Shown piece after piece: positions 1 to 10,505 of a stretch of DNA of 64,000 nt. Positions within the stretch are counted from its first letter, which is position 1. Each line of letters starts with the position of its first letter. The stretch is from a virus (Duplodnaviria > Caudoviricetes). The position numbers and the translations under genes were made by a program. The notes below the pieces were generated by a model. That model saw only the letters and a list, made by a program, of their open reading frames with translations, made no database searches and was not told the DNA's origin. Location: positions 32,001-96,000 of the IMG/VR virus record IMGVR_UViG_3300035502_000313; one strand, 5' to 3'.

Positions 1-1134
1 TGAGATTCTAAGTTTCTTATATGTCATATCATAGTTGTCTTTATTCCATAAAGCATCAAACTCATACATTTCCCATCTGAGTACATCAAGTAATGTTCTT
101 TTCTCATCATCAGGAAGTTTAAGTCCTTCTTTCATGATAAGTGAATAGTTCTTAGATACAGAGTCAAGCATAGCAAGACCCTTATCAACAGACTTATTCT
201 TAAAGTCACTACCAAGCATCATTAACCAATAGTCCTTTGGATATATCTTTTCTATATCAGTACATTTCTTTGGACTATTCATAAGAACAGCATATATGAA
301 TGACTGAGTAACTGGACTATTGTCCCAAACCATAAATGGTACAGAAATGTATACATTGTCTTTTACAAATGTAACAAACTGTTCATTAGGATGATAAGGC
401 TTATCTGTTGTCAGATATATCTCAGCAAGATTGAGATAGTTCATAGCACCAACAAGACCATAATTTGCAAGGAAATACTTACAAAGAGGTATGTTATTTC
501 CAAACAAATCTGTTGTGTAATTAATACACTGAACTGTTATAAAGTCAAGAGATCCATCATCATTATAAACTACTTGATTGATTTTGGATTTCTTTTCATA
601 TACAACATGTTTCTGGAACTCTTGTCTAAAAGATACACAACGTACTTTCTTCTTAGACTGAGAGTTATTGTAAGTTGATGCATCTGCAATCTGATATAAT
701 GTGCTATAAATAGTACCACTTATTCTAAAGTAATACTTATTGATGACCTTAGGAATATCAATATATACAGATGCATTCATTGGTGAACCATTTACTTCAA
801 GATGATAATTGACTTCAAGAAGAATGATATCACTATCTTTGAGATTAATATAATCATGAATATTATATTCTATTCTCTTGTTTCTTCTATTAGCATCAGA
901 TTCTAAATCATAAACGATTTTACTTACTTCTCTATAATCATCAATAACTCTAAAGTAATTGACTCCTATAAATACTTGTTCAGCATTCTCATTAATGTTT
1001 GTAGGAGATGCTACAGACATGATAATCTTTTTAATATCTTCAATGATATCATACTCACTTCTTACAAAAAGATTATCATTAAATTGTTTACGGTGACTTT
1101 CTGAATATTTAGCTAGTGTCTCTCTAATACCCAT
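1..1134 (-). CDS. RNA polymerase beta subunit, N-terminal part (probably non-virion RNAP); runs off the window edge
   Basis: Not in the ORF track. Manual translation from ATG at 1134 (RBS GGAGG at 1143-1147) gives MGIRETLAKYSESHRKQF...IDIPKVINKYYFRISGTIYSTLYQIAD, which resembles the beta-N 'P..t..g.F.inG..rv...Q' motif. Lies downstream of an early-type promoter. Confidence 0.7.
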   Translation of the reverse strand, partial: MGIRETLAKYSESHRKQFNDNLFVRSEYDIIEDIKKIIMSVASPTNINENAEQVFIGVNYFRVIDDYREVSKIVYDLESDANRRNKRIEYNIHDYINLKDSDIILLEVNYHLEVNGSPMNASVYIDIPKVINKYYFRISGTIYSTLYQIADASTYNNSQSKKKVRCVSFRQEFQKHVVYEKKSKINQVVYNDDGSLDFITVQCINYTTDLFGNNIPLCKYFLANYGLVGAMNYLNLAEIYLTTDKPYHPNEQFVTFVKDNVYISVPFMVWDNSPVTQSFIYAVLMNSPKKCTDIEKIYPKDYWLMMLGSDFKNKSVDKGLAMLDSVSKNYSLIMKEGLKLPDDEKRTLLDVLRWEMYEFDALWNKDNYDMTYKKLRIS

Positions 1135-1138
1135 AATA

Positions 1139-1849
1139 TCAACCTCCTAACTTTATTGGTCCCTTTGCAGATATAGCGTCATTGATATAATTTACGTAAG
1201 CATCATCATTGACACCATCACCTATCCAAGGGAACACAAGAGTTTTACCAATTGGATTTGCTACATCAGGAGTCATATCCTGAATGACAAGAGTAACTCT
1301 TACATCAGTATTAGACAGAATAGATTCTGCTTTGCCTGCTGTAATACTCTTTCCGTTAAATTTACGTTTATCATTATTGAAATCAGAACCAAAACGTTCT
1401 GCATAATTATTGATATTACACTGCTTAGCAGCTATAGCTGACTTTACAGCAAACATCAATGCAGTATCTTGGGACTGATCCATATGAGGAATAAACACAT
1501 CATCATTAGAAATAAGATGATTATACTCATCCTCATAAAGTTTTTCTTTAGCCTGAAGAATATCTTGGAATGATTCAGCATCACCAAAATATGCAAGGTG
1601 ACAATCTGAATATATCTGAGCATCTTCTTCTGTAAAAGGAATAATTAAATTATAACCAATAGAATCAAAATATGCTCCTGGTTTAATATAATTACCATTG
1701 GGTGACTGAAGATATATTGGTAAGATATATCCCATATAATGAACTGCTAAAGTTCCATTATAATACTGAATATATTCTGTTGTTAGTTCATCGAGATTTA
1801 TTACATTATAAATCTTTCCATTAACGAAAGCTTTATTTAGTGCCTTCAT
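1139..1849 (-). CDS. hypothetical protein
   Basis: Long ORF with RBS GAGGAG; stop codon abuts the next gene. Confidence 0.75.
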   Translation of the reverse strand: MKALNKAFVNGKIYNVINLDELTTEYIQYYNGTLAVHYMGYILPIYLQSPNGNYIKPGAYFDSIGYNLIIPFTEEDAQIYSDCHLAYFGDAESFQDILQAKEKLYEDEYNHLISNDDVFIPHMDQSQDTALMFAVKSAIAAKQCNINNYAERFGSDFNNDKRKFNGKSITAGKAESILSNTDVRVTLVIQDMTPDVANPIGKTLVFPWIGDGVNDDAYVNYINDAISAKGPIKLGG

Positions 1850-1881
1850 TTTAATCACTCCTCTTTTTTATTAAAAATAAA

Positions 1882-1908
1882 CACCTGCTGACAATCAGCC
1901 AGCAGGTG
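1882..1908 (-). terminator. intrinsic terminator-like hairpin
   Basis: CACCTGCTG/CAGCAGGTG inverted repeat followed by a T-rich tract on the minus strand. Confidence 0.65.
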
Positions 1909-1930
1909 CCTATAGATTAGGGAATATCTA

Positions 1931-2671
1931 TTATGAATTCAGGTCATTGCAACCTTTAGCGATTGCCTTCATTTCTTCCCCAAACTGTACTGACATTTTC
2001 TTGATGTCCTTAACAACTTCTACCGAAGCGATAGCTACTGTCTTGAGACGGCTATCATATTCTTCTGCAGAAATATTTTCGTACTTACCAATGTAATCGG
2101 TAATTACGAGTTCCTGTACTTCATCAGCAGATGCATTTACATCAAGCCAATGATACAGAGTTTCGAATACCTGAATTGTCATTACGTAAATCATCTCTTC
2201 AGATGAGATACTGTAATTATGAGCTGTCAGCATCTCTGCGATGAACAACTCCCAATACTTCATGTTCTTAGATTCGTCTACGAAATCTGTGTAGTTAACG
2301 ATATGTGATTTATCGATACCACTGATTTCACTTGAATCAAACGTTACGTTGAAGAAGTAGTTCTCTCCTTCAGCATCGTAATCACTGATAGCTGCAGCGA
2401 TTACTTCTCCAGATTCTTTCTGGAATACAAGTGCACTCTTTGCTTTGCACTTGAAGAAACTGCTACTGAGAATAGAAGCAATTGTCTTAAAGACATTGCC
2501 GAATACATCAGTAGATGAATTGAAATGAGTTACAGGATTAGGATTAAGCATAAGCTCAACCTTGTATGTCTCGCCTGTAATCTTGTCTTTGAAAGTAGGA
2601 GCTGCTGATTCTACAGCTGCCTTGAAAGACTGCGGTAATGATGAATTTCTTAAATTTGTGATGTTTGCCAT
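1931..2671 (-). CDS. hypothetical protein
   Basis: 246-aa ORF with RBS AGGAGG and an early-type promoter at ~2743-2751. Confidence 0.8.
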   Translation of the reverse strand: MANITNLRNSSLPQSFKAAVESAAPTFKDKITGETYKVELMLNPNPVTHFNSSTDVFGNVFKTIASILSSSFFKCKAKSALVFQKESGEVIAAAISDYDAEGENYFFNVTFDSSEISGIDKSHIVNYTDFVDESKNMKYWELFIAEMLTAHNYSISSEEMIYVMTIQVFETLYHWLDVNASADEVQELVITDYIGKYENISAEEYDSRLKTVAIASVEVVKDIKKMSVQFGEEMKAIAKGCNDLNS

Positions 2672-2782
2672 TTTGAATGACCTCCTATTTAATAATGTTT
2701 ATATTCATAGAATCAGGACAAGTCCATCTTCTAATCGTATTTATTATATACATTTATCTTTAAGTTTAAGACTTGTTAATTT

Positions 2783-5116
2783 TTAAACTTCTCTAAGGTA
2801 TGACACCTCATTAAGTTTGAACTCATCCAAAGTTATAATCTTTATTTTATGACTTGGATTTGTGTTGTTATATTCCATTGCTTTGGATACTTTTGTAGAT
2901 GAGAATCCATTGAACGGAATAATCAAGATATCTGTTGACTTTGTAACAGAACCTTCTGAACAATCATGACCTTCTGCTGTCAATCTCATTTCAAGTTCTT
3001 TGTCTCTTACACCACTGAATCTAATAACTTTACCTACAGTAATAGCAGTATCGTTATTACCTTTACTCATAATTACATTAGGCATATTATAGATATATAC
3101 TAAATCTTTTTGAAAGAACTTTCTTTCATTAAGAATCGTAGATGATGTCTTAGGACCAATTCCCTTTCCACTATTATTGAGCTTGAAGAACAGAGCTGTA
3201 TCAGACTCTGTGATGATTTCGTTAAGTGTAACTGATTTGAGAATGGCTTTCCATTTAGCTACACCAATATCAGAAAATCCAAGAGCTCCAAGAATATTAA
3301 AATCTGGTGCTTTTGAATTATAGAGGTATTCTATAGAGTCGATAAGATTCTTAGCATTAGTAGGACCAAGAATAGATGCTCTTTCCTCTGTAAGTGTCAT
3401 AAGGTCAGAGAAAGATTGAATCTTAAGGGTCTTTAAAGCTTCTTCAGAGAATCCCTTAAATCCAAGTTTCTTTACCATATTAACAAGTCTAGCGATTGTT
3501 CTTCCAGGGCAAGCTATATTAGAGCAACAAACACTCTTACTTGTCTGAGATAATGTTAGAGGAGTTCCACATTCTGGACAATTCTGAATAAATTGAATTG
3601 GTGGAAGTGGATTATACATATTTTCTTCAACATTAGCTTTATGCACATATGCCATTACATCATTAGTAAATTCAATCTCTAGAATATCATTAGGTCTGAG
3701 ATTTAATTCCATGAATCTTGCATATGAATGACCAGAGCTTTTTGTATTAATCATACCATAAAACTCCACTGGATCATAGTGAATCATCGGTGTAATATCA
3801 CCAGTGGCTCCTACAGTATAACTAATTCCTCTACAACGAGTAAGCTTCTTCTTTGTCTGAAACTTAATTGCTATAGAATATTCATTGATAGAATTACTTC
3901 TACCAAGAGTCTTTCTAATCTGAGGATTAAGATAAGATACTACTACACCATCATACATAAATGGCATAACTTCTCTCATATTCTGAGCTTCGTCAACAAA
4001 CTTCTTTACTTGAAATAGAACCTCATTATAGTTTCCTCTGATTACCACATGACGACAGATCTCACCAGTTGAATAATACTTATTCATAAAAGCAAGTTCT
4101 TCGTCTCTTGTCATATTATCATGACTTGTCTGAAGTGGAACAAGTGTAATATACTTAGCATACTTTGCTGCTTCAGAATTACCAAGAATTCCGATTATAG
4201 CATTTCTAGCATTTGCATAAGTCTTACCACATTCAATACTCAATTCTCTAAGAGCATTATAAGAAATTACAGCTTCGAATTTCATACCAAAAGGAGTAAT
4301 ATCATATCCCTTAGCATGAGTAAAGGTATATCCTTGTAATATAGGAGTTAAGTCAGATGCTTTGTCAGTTTGAGTTTCTCCTCTAGTTCTTGCAGTCAAA
4401 ACTCTATCAGTAACTTCAGCTTCAATAGAAACTCCATCATACTTGAGTTCGAGAACAAGTTCAATATAGTTAGGATTTACAATTCCTTCTTGAACATGTT
4501 TTCTAAGAAAGTCTCTTTCAAAGATTCTTACATTAGAGTCATCATATACTCCAACGTTAATTGCTTCTTGATCGAGAACAAACTTTGCCTTGTGGAGAGT
4601 ACCAACAAGTTGAGGATATTTATGATTAGTATTTCTCAATCTCTTGGAAACTACTTTAATTCCTCCATTGTCGATAATAGACTTGCCATAATAAACCTTC
4701 TCAGAAAGACAATCTTTAAACAAGAAGTTATTCGTATCTACATAAGGCTGAAATACAAATAACTGTTCTTTCTCATCTTCACCTTCTACATATTGAGTAT
4801 TAGATTGAGATACATTAAGGTTATCGAAGTGAACAGGTTCAGCTCCAACTTGAAAGTTTGGATTATATCTCTTATACTTCTCCAGAAGTAAATCATATAC
4901 CCCATCCTCAAGAACAAGTATACTTCTATCTGTATTGTTATAGATGATATTAGAAATATGAAGAATATCATCAATTACGTTTTCCTCTACTTTTGTCAGA
5001 GGTTCTTTATTGATAAGATTTAATACCATATAATTGATATTAGCAATTGCATCCTGCGTTAAACAGGATGCATCACCTTTCAATAAATTTTCGACGATAG
5101 TATGTGTAGGTGTCAT
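2783..5116 (-). CDS. ligA: NAD-dependent DNA ligase
   Basis: ELKYDG adenylation motif, TRG, YDGVVV, IAIKF, OB domain (VGATGDITP), CPECG..C..C zinc finger, HhH repeats, C-terminal BRCT-like domain. Confidence 0.93.
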   Translation of the reverse strand: MTPTHTIVENLLKGDASCLTQDAIANINYMVLNLINKEPLTKVEENVIDDILHISNIIYNNTDRSILVLEDGVYDLLLEKYKRYNPNFQVGAEPVHFDNLNVSQSNTQYVEGEDEKEQLFVFQPYVDTNNFLFKDCLSEKVYYGKSIIDNGGIKVVSKRLRNTNHKYPQLVGTLHKAKFVLDQEAINVGVYDDSNVRIFERDFLRKHVQEGIVNPNYIELVLELKYDGVSIEAEVTDRVLTARTRGETQTDKASDLTPILQGYTFTHAKGYDITPFGMKFEAVISYNALRELSIECGKTYANARNAIIGILGNSEAAKYAKYITLVPLQTSHDNMTRDEELAFMNKYYSTGEICRHVVIRGNYNEVLFQVKKFVDEAQNMREVMPFMYDGVVVSYLNPQIRKTLGRSNSINEYSIAIKFQTKKKLTRCRGISYTVGATGDITPMIHYDPVEFYGMINTKSSGHSYARFMELNLRPNDILEIEFTNDVMAYVHKANVEENMYNPLPPIQFIQNCPECGTPLTLSQTSKSVCCSNIACPGRTIARLVNMVKKLGFKGFSEEALKTLKIQSFSDLMTLTEERASILGPTNAKNLIDSIEYLYNSKAPDFNILGALGFSDIGVAKWKAILKSVTLNEIITESDTALFFKLNNSGKGIGPKTSSTILNERKFFQKDLVYIYNMPNVIMSKGNNDTAITVGKVIRFSGVRDKELEMRLTAEGHDCSEGSVTKSTDILIIPFNGFSSTKVSKAMEYNNTNPSHKIKIITLDEFKLNEVSYLREV

Positions 5117-5121
5117 ACTTA

Positions 5122-7359
5122 TCAATCTCCTTTTATAAATAATTTATCATGGTTCTGACCAGCTTCAGTAAACAAAGCTTTATAATTATTATTATCATTT
5201 GCATATACAAATAACTTAGCTTCGTTTCTTCCACCAGGTACGAACAACATATCCTTATTCCAATCAAAGAAATGGAACAGCATTGAATCATCTGCATTAT
5301 GTCCGATTTCTTTATATTTAATTGGAATCTTCTTGAATTCGAATTTATGTCCCATACACTTGATAATTGTATTGAGCATCTCTGCACTACGAGACTTACA
5401 ATCTTCATCAAGTTCGACATTAAATTCATAACTTTCGAGCATCTGTCCAGCACATCTTCTTCCTTGAGGTGATGTACTGTATACCATAAGATTCTTTATC
5501 TGGATTTCTGCTCCCATAAGGAAGAACAGAGAATCTTCCATTTCACCAAATCTTATAGGTGTATTAGAATGAACTCTAATAAACATCTTAGCTGCTTTTG
5601 ATTTAGAGTTAAGACATCTAACGTTAGTAGCAGACATAGCAGTAGCAGAATGTTTTTCTTCAGCATTCTGTTTCATTCTATAGATATACTGTCTTGCTAC
5701 AATAGAAGGTTTCTTACTCTGAACAAATCTAATCTGTCCTCTAGAACCCTTAATAGGAACATCAATGAATACCGGTTTAATCCATGGGAATTCATTATAC
5801 AGTTCTATCAAAGTATCAAGAGTAATAGATTCTGAGATAGGTTCAAGTGGTAGATATAAACCATCACTGTGTTCTGTAATCCAATCTGTAATAGTAAAGA
5901 TTACTTCATCATCATTAATGCAACTTTCAATTTCATCAATGAAGAATTTAGCCCAATCATCAGAAAGTATACCGAGAAACTTATGAATTAACTCAGTACA
6001 CATTTCTACATCTGTTGGAACTGAAAGGATAAACTTAGTGATATTGTTTGATATAAAGTTTAATGACAGTTCGAACAACTGACCTGGATTCAGACGGTTT
6101 ACACAAGTAGCCTGATTCCAAATAATATCAATTGTATCGTCTGTACCAGATACTCTAGGCATAAGATTATCTGGAATAACTTTTGATATAACTCCCTTAC
6201 CACCATATCTGGAAGTTACTTTATCACCAACTTCAAGTGGTGCTTTACGATATACAGTAAGCTCTATAACAATATTAGAGAATATATTATCTTTGAAGTA
6301 TTGTTTACCACTGATAACTTTCTCACAAGTTGTATAAAGCTGACTAAGTTCGTAACTCTTTTTGTACATAGAGTTATCGATAAAATCTCTCAAGAGTTCT
6401 ACAACTTCAGAACAGAATCTCTTATAGTCTCTATCATAATATGCTAGTTGACCTTCATAAATTCCATTAGCAGAAGTAGCGATATCTTTATTACAATAAA
6501 CATTGATATCGATTATACGTCCTTTAGTCTTGAAAGTTGTATCATTAATCATAGGGACTTTCAATCTTTCTGCGGACTGAGTAAAGAAGATTTCATCGTT
6601 TCTTTCCGTTCTGGTACCGCATATTATTCCATTCTTGATTTCTTCACCAATATCTGGAATAATCTTATATACAGTATCATCACCATAAAGATTAAGCGGA
6701 ATATCATTGTCATTTATGAGAATGGTAATCTTCTTAATCTCTGGTCTTGATAATGCTATTGCTGCTGACTCAGCAATTTCAATTGCGTCTTCTGTTGTAT
6801 TGGAATCTGAAATGTATGCTGCATTAAGATTCCTACCAGTCATATAGTTGTCAGCTATATCAAAAGACATTGATTTCTTAACAGTCTGGTTTTCAGTTAT
6901 AACGCTTCCTACTGAAAGACTATCAAGATAAGTGTTATTATACAGAAATCCATAAGACTCTGTATTATGACAATAAGACACTCTCTCAATTACATCGAGA
7001 TTGTTATTGTCGTCTGTAACAAAAAGAAAGTAATGGTGTCCTGGTAAGTTAGAGAATTTTTCAATCTTACCTACTACTCTCCATTGTCTGTCACTTTTGA
7101 CAAACGCAGAACTACGTTGTCCAAAAAGATTTTCATATCCTGTGCTTATATAAGGAACCTCAGGATTTTCAAGGCATACCTTCTGTTGGTATTGACTTGA
7201 GAACATGTTTTTTCTTGATGCGGAATTAGTACACTCGAACGGCATGTTAAGACCAATACCGAGTATCTTTTCCATGTTGCCATCATTATACTTTTCTGAC
7301 GCTGCTATGATATGTTTATCAATATCAGGATCGTCATATAATTTTGTATAAACCTGCAT
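5122..7359 (-). CDS. RNA polymerase beta subunit, C-terminal part (non-virion RNAP type)
   Basis: Motifs EDAI, GDKVTSRYGGKGVISK, MP...DIIWN...RLNPGQLFE and IRFGEME in one chain; early-type promoter upstream. Confidence 0.9.
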   Translation of the reverse strand: MQVYTKLYDDPDIDKHIIAASEKYNDGNMEKILGIGLNMPFECTNSASRKNMFSSQYQQKVCLENPEVPYISTGYENLFGQRSSAFVKSDRQWRVVGKIEKFSNLPGHHYFLFVTDDNNNLDVIERVSYCHNTESYGFLYNNTYLDSLSVGSVITENQTVKKSMSFDIADNYMTGRNLNAAYISDSNTTEDAIEIAESAAIALSRPEIKKITILINDNDIPLNLYGDDTVYKIIPDIGEEIKNGIICGTRTERNDEIFFTQSAERLKVPMINDTTFKTKGRIIDINVYCNKDIATSANGIYEGQLAYYDRDYKRFCSEVVELLRDFIDNSMYKKSYELSQLYTTCEKVISGKQYFKDNIFSNIVIELTVYRKAPLEVGDKVTSRYGGKGVISKVIPDNLMPRVSGTDDTIDIIWNQATCVNRLNPGQLFELSLNFISNNITKFILSVPTDVEMCTELIHKFLGILSDDWAKFFIDEIESCINDDEVIFTITDWITEHSDGLYLPLEPISESITLDTLIELYNEFPWIKPVFIDVPIKGSRGQIRFVQSKKPSIVARQYIYRMKQNAEEKHSATAMSATNVRCLNSKSKAAKMFIRVHSNTPIRFGEMEDSLFFLMGAEIQIKNLMVYSTSPQGRRCAGQMLESYEFNVELDEDCKSRSAEMLNTIIKCMGHKFEFKKIPIKYKEIGHNADDSMLFHFFDWNKDMLFVPGGRNEAKLFVYANDNNNYKALFTEAGQNHDKLFIKGD

Positions 7360-7463
7360 TTTTATTTACCTCCTATACTTATAATATGAGATTGTATGAA
7401 GATGATCGCTCATCTTCATACACATATATAATATACACTCATATTTTATTTTCACATAAATCG

Positions 7464-8747
7464 TTATGAAATAGTATTCATTCTTCTTACTCTATCTACA
7501 ATAGAACTAGTTGCAGAACTACGCTGTATTTTAGAAATCTGTTCCATCTGAGAAAGTTCAGCATATAAATACTTATAGCATTCTTCAATAAAGATATTGA
7601 GGAATTCTTCATCACTAAACAATTTATCCTTAAACTGTTTCTGAGAGAACTTTTTATCATCTCTATCAGCAAGATATAAATAAGCACCTGCACCTTTAAC
7701 TCTACCAGCATTCTTAAGCATCATATACAATGAAAGGTCAGCATCGAATCCAGTAGCATAGTTAAATATCAAATCTACAGCAGAACTCATACCACTCATA
7801 CCTGCTCTTGATTTAACATTCGATACAATAACATGAATACCATCAATACCGAATTCCTTATCAGATGTCAGTTTATCACCATCATCTAATCTGAATACCA
7901 TGTTAGCAAGATATAAAGGTGTTACACCACCAGGAAGTGTCTCATCCTGTTTAAGGAATGCTGTTTGAGATTTAGAATGTTTAAATGCATTAATCTCAAC
8001 TTTCTGAGTTATATGGTTAACTGCAAGAATAATGATATTAGCTTCTTTAATAAGCTGATTACATCTTCTAAATAACTGAGCTAACTGTTTAGCAGTAGCA
8101 GTTGTAGACATCTGACCACTAAGTTGTTCCTCTTCAGAAAGTTTAGCAGAAGTAAGAAGAGGAATAGAATCTATAATATATACAGTAGGTTGGAATTTTG
8201 TAATCGGTTTTCCAGAGCTATCTATCAATCCTGTATCGTAACGGAATTTTTCTTCATTAGCAACCTTTACATCATGAATAGCCTTAATCTGAAGATATAC
8301 AGATTCGATTGTTATACCTGCATTTCTTACCTTAACTCTTGAACGAAAATCTTCTTTAGAAAAACCAGTAAGAACACAGCCACGGTCTTCCATCATACCA
8401 CCTTCAAGTAAGTCGATAAACATAATACCATGTTCAAATGGTCTTATGATATTAGCTCCAATCTGATAAGTTATTGTAGATTTACCACAACCGGAACGAC
8501 CGATAAACATATTAAGTGTACCATCAAGAATTCCAATAGAATCATAAGAAGCTACATTACCATCCTTTAATTTTACATTTACTCTATGTCCGTTCTTATA
8601 ATCCAGTGGAAGAAAACCTGTAGGATACTGAATATCATTTTCAGCTCTTCTACTAACAGATGAGTCCTTTGTTTTTAATAACACTTCGTCGATTTCAGAC
8701 ATTAAGTTATTGTCTTCATTAATTTCAATTGAATTGTTTTTAGCCAT
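7464..8747 (-). CDS. uvsX: RecA/UvsX-like recombinase
   Basis: PTGFLPLD, Walker A GRSGCGKS, Walker B YIIDSI, ILAVNH, LPGG. Start moved to ATG 8747 behind RBS GGAGG. Confidence 0.85.
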   Translation of the reverse strand: MAKNNSIEINEDNNLMSEIDEVLLKTKDSSVSRRAENDIQYPTGFLPLDYKNGHRVNVKLKDGNVASYDSIGILDGTLNMFIGRSGCGKSTITYQIGANIIRPFEHGIMFIDLLEGGMMEDRGCVLTGFSKEDFRSRVKVRNAGITIESVYLQIKAIHDVKVANEEKFRYDTGLIDSSGKPITKFQPTVYIIDSIPLLTSAKLSEEEQLSGQMSTTATAKQLAQLFRRCNQLIKEANIIILAVNHITQKVEINAFKHSKSQTAFLKQDETLPGGVTPLYLANMVFRLDDGDKLTSDKEFGIDGIHVIVSNVKSRAGMSGMSSAVDLIFNYATGFDADLSLYMMLKNAGRVKGAGAYLYLADRDDKKFSQKQFKDKLFSDEEFLNIFIEECYKYLYAELSQMEQISKIQRSSATSSIVDRVRRMNTIS

Positions 8748-8817
8748 ACTAAAACCTCCTAACGTACCCACTGAGGTACGATTATTTTATTAAATAGTTT
8801 TTGATAGAGTAAATATT

Positions 8818-8847
8818 AACCACCACAACAATAAAGTTGTGGTGGTT
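8818..8847. terminator. strong hairpin / terminator
   Basis: Perfect 12-bp stem AACCACCACAAC/GTTGTGGTGGTT. Confidence 0.65.
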
Positions 8848-8903
8848 TTGATAATATTTATAAATGGTGTGTGAAACCCTTTTATATTATTTATATGTTA
8901 TCG

Positions 8904-10202
8904 TTAAAATCCCTTCATATCATCTTCAGAATAGGATTTTCTTTCTTCAGTTTTATGTGCAGTAAAGCTTTTCTTCTTTTCATATCCTCCAGTAACGTTA
9001 GTTGTATTAACATTACTATTTGAAATAGGAGATGAAGAGAATGGATTCTTTCTCTTACCACGCTTAATAACTACTTCATCATCTTCAGAATCTTCCTCTG
9101 TATCAAACTGAGCAAAGAAATCATCATTAACTTTACTCTTTGCTCTTTTATCTGTAACAGAAGATGTATCCATATCAGAAATAGAATCAAAAAAATCATC
9201 CTTTTTAGAAGTAGCTGTCTTAGTATTCTGATATTTGTTATAGATGTCTAAGAGTTCTTCTTTAGGAAGATTCATACCAGATGCAATGATTCTTACATAT
9301 TCTGGATCAGCAGCATTATACTGTCTGTGAATAAAGAACTCATCTACAGTATTATTTCCACAAAGCTTCTTCTTAATAGTAGTGAAGTTTGTATCAATAA
9401 TAGCTAGCTTGTCATCAGAGATATTCATAAATACACCAATCTTTGTAGCCGATGGTTCAAAATCAAGAGATGTATTATAATCAATAGCATCAGAAATAAG
9501 CTGTTCAAACTGAGCAGGATTCTTTAGTTTTCTATCAATAAGTACTTCAGTTACAAACATCATACCTGGATTAGTAATAAGTTTATAATGGTCTGTATCA
9601 TCGATATTCTGCTCAGAGTCAATAATATCCTGTGCACTAATAACCTTGAATGCTGTAGAAATATCATCATTAGCCATCTTCTCAGCAGTAAATGTATTAT
9701 TAGTCTTTTCAAGATACTTCTTGTTAGAAACTGTTCTTACAACAAAATTACCACCATTGAGATCCTTGAAATACTCAATAGTATTCTGCAATCCTCTAGT
9801 GTCAGATTCAAATCCAGAAATCAATGTAATAATCACAGGAATTTCTAACTGAGATTCAATGAACTTTGCAAGAACAACAGAAGCACCACTACCTGAAGCA
9901 CCCTCAGTTGTAGCCATAATATTTACATACTGGTACTCATCACCAATCATAGCAAGAATTTCATTTGGATTTTTCTTTAAGTAATTAACCATTAGCTTTT
10001 TAGCATAACTTCTTACTTTACCGCATCCAGCATCCTGATCTTCTGATATGATAATAGCACCATTACGATATTCTTCTGGAATATCCTTTACTGTAGAATT
10101 TACAACACAACAGTGTTCTTTCTGAAGAGTTCCTTCTTCAATACAATGAATCATTGCTTTTGTCGCACCCTGACCACAACCAAAAGTAAAGAAATTATTC
10201 AT
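8904..10202 (-). CDS. tubulin/FtsZ-family GTPase (PhuZ/TubZ-like) with long charged C-terminal tail
   Basis: N-terminal GCGQGA (GxGxxG), AGCGK, signature-like EGASGSG, SNKK, T7-loop-like NIDDTD. Confidence 0.82.
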   Translation of the reverse strand: MNNFFTFGCGQGATKAMIHCIEEGTLQKEHCCVVNSTVKDIPEEYRNGAIIISEDQDAGCGKVRSYAKKLMVNYLKKNPNEILAMIGDEYQYVNIMATTEGASGSGASVVLAKFIESQLEIPVIITLISGFESDTRGLQNTIEYFKDLNGGNFVVRTVSNKKYLEKTNNTFTAEKMANDDISTAFKVISAQDIIDSEQNIDDTDHYKLITNPGMMFVTEVLIDRKLKNPAQFEQLISDAIDYNTSLDFEPSATKIGVFMNISDDKLAIIDTNFTTIKKKLCGNNTVDEFFIHRQYNAADPEYVRIIASGMNLPKEELLDIYNKYQNTKTATSKKDDFFDSISDMDTSSVTDKRAKSKVNDDFFAQFDTEEDSEDDEVVIKRGKRKNPFSSSPISNSNVNTTNVTGGYEKKKSFTAHKTEERKSYSEDDMKGF

Positions 10203-10208
10203 ATTATT

Positions 10209-10352
10209 TTACTCCTTTTCTTTCTTATCTTCAGATTCCTTTTTATCAGAATCTTCGATATTCTTCTTTTCACTTTCATTAATAGGTGAGAATCCGAACT
10301 GTCCTGCAGGATAGCCCTGTTCATTAATCACACCATACTTAGAATCAGTCAT
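10209..10352 (-). CDS. small charged protein (47 aa, MTDSKYGVINEQGYPAGQFGFSPINESEKK...)
   Basis: Below the ORF-track cutoff. RBS AAAGGAGG and promoter AACT-N6-TA at 10377-10388; directly upstream of the tubulin gene. Confidence 0.65.
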   Translation of the reverse strand: MTDSKYGVINEQGYPAGQFGFSPINESEKKNIEDSDKKESEDKKEKE

Positions 10353-10403
10353 CCTAAAGACCTCCTTTCAATTAATTATATATTAGTTATTAGTGCAGTG
10401 AAT

Positions 10404-10434
10404 ATCCACATACAGAATTAACTGTATGTGGATT
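10404..10434. terminator. strong hairpin / terminator
   Basis: ATCCACATACAG/CTGTATGTGGAT inverted repeat. Confidence 0.65.
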
Positions 10435-10505
10435 ATAAGTATATAGAGGAAGTGAAAAGTACCAATCAGAAATTAGGATATATAATTGCCACTTTACATA
10501 TATGT

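Noticed and set aside
391-678. Plus-strand 95-aa ORF and the many other short ORFs antisense to or nested in long genes (e.g. 3728-4018, 23556-24104, 33906-34388, 44822-45013)
   Set aside because: They shadow well-supported genes on the other strand or frame and lack an RBS.
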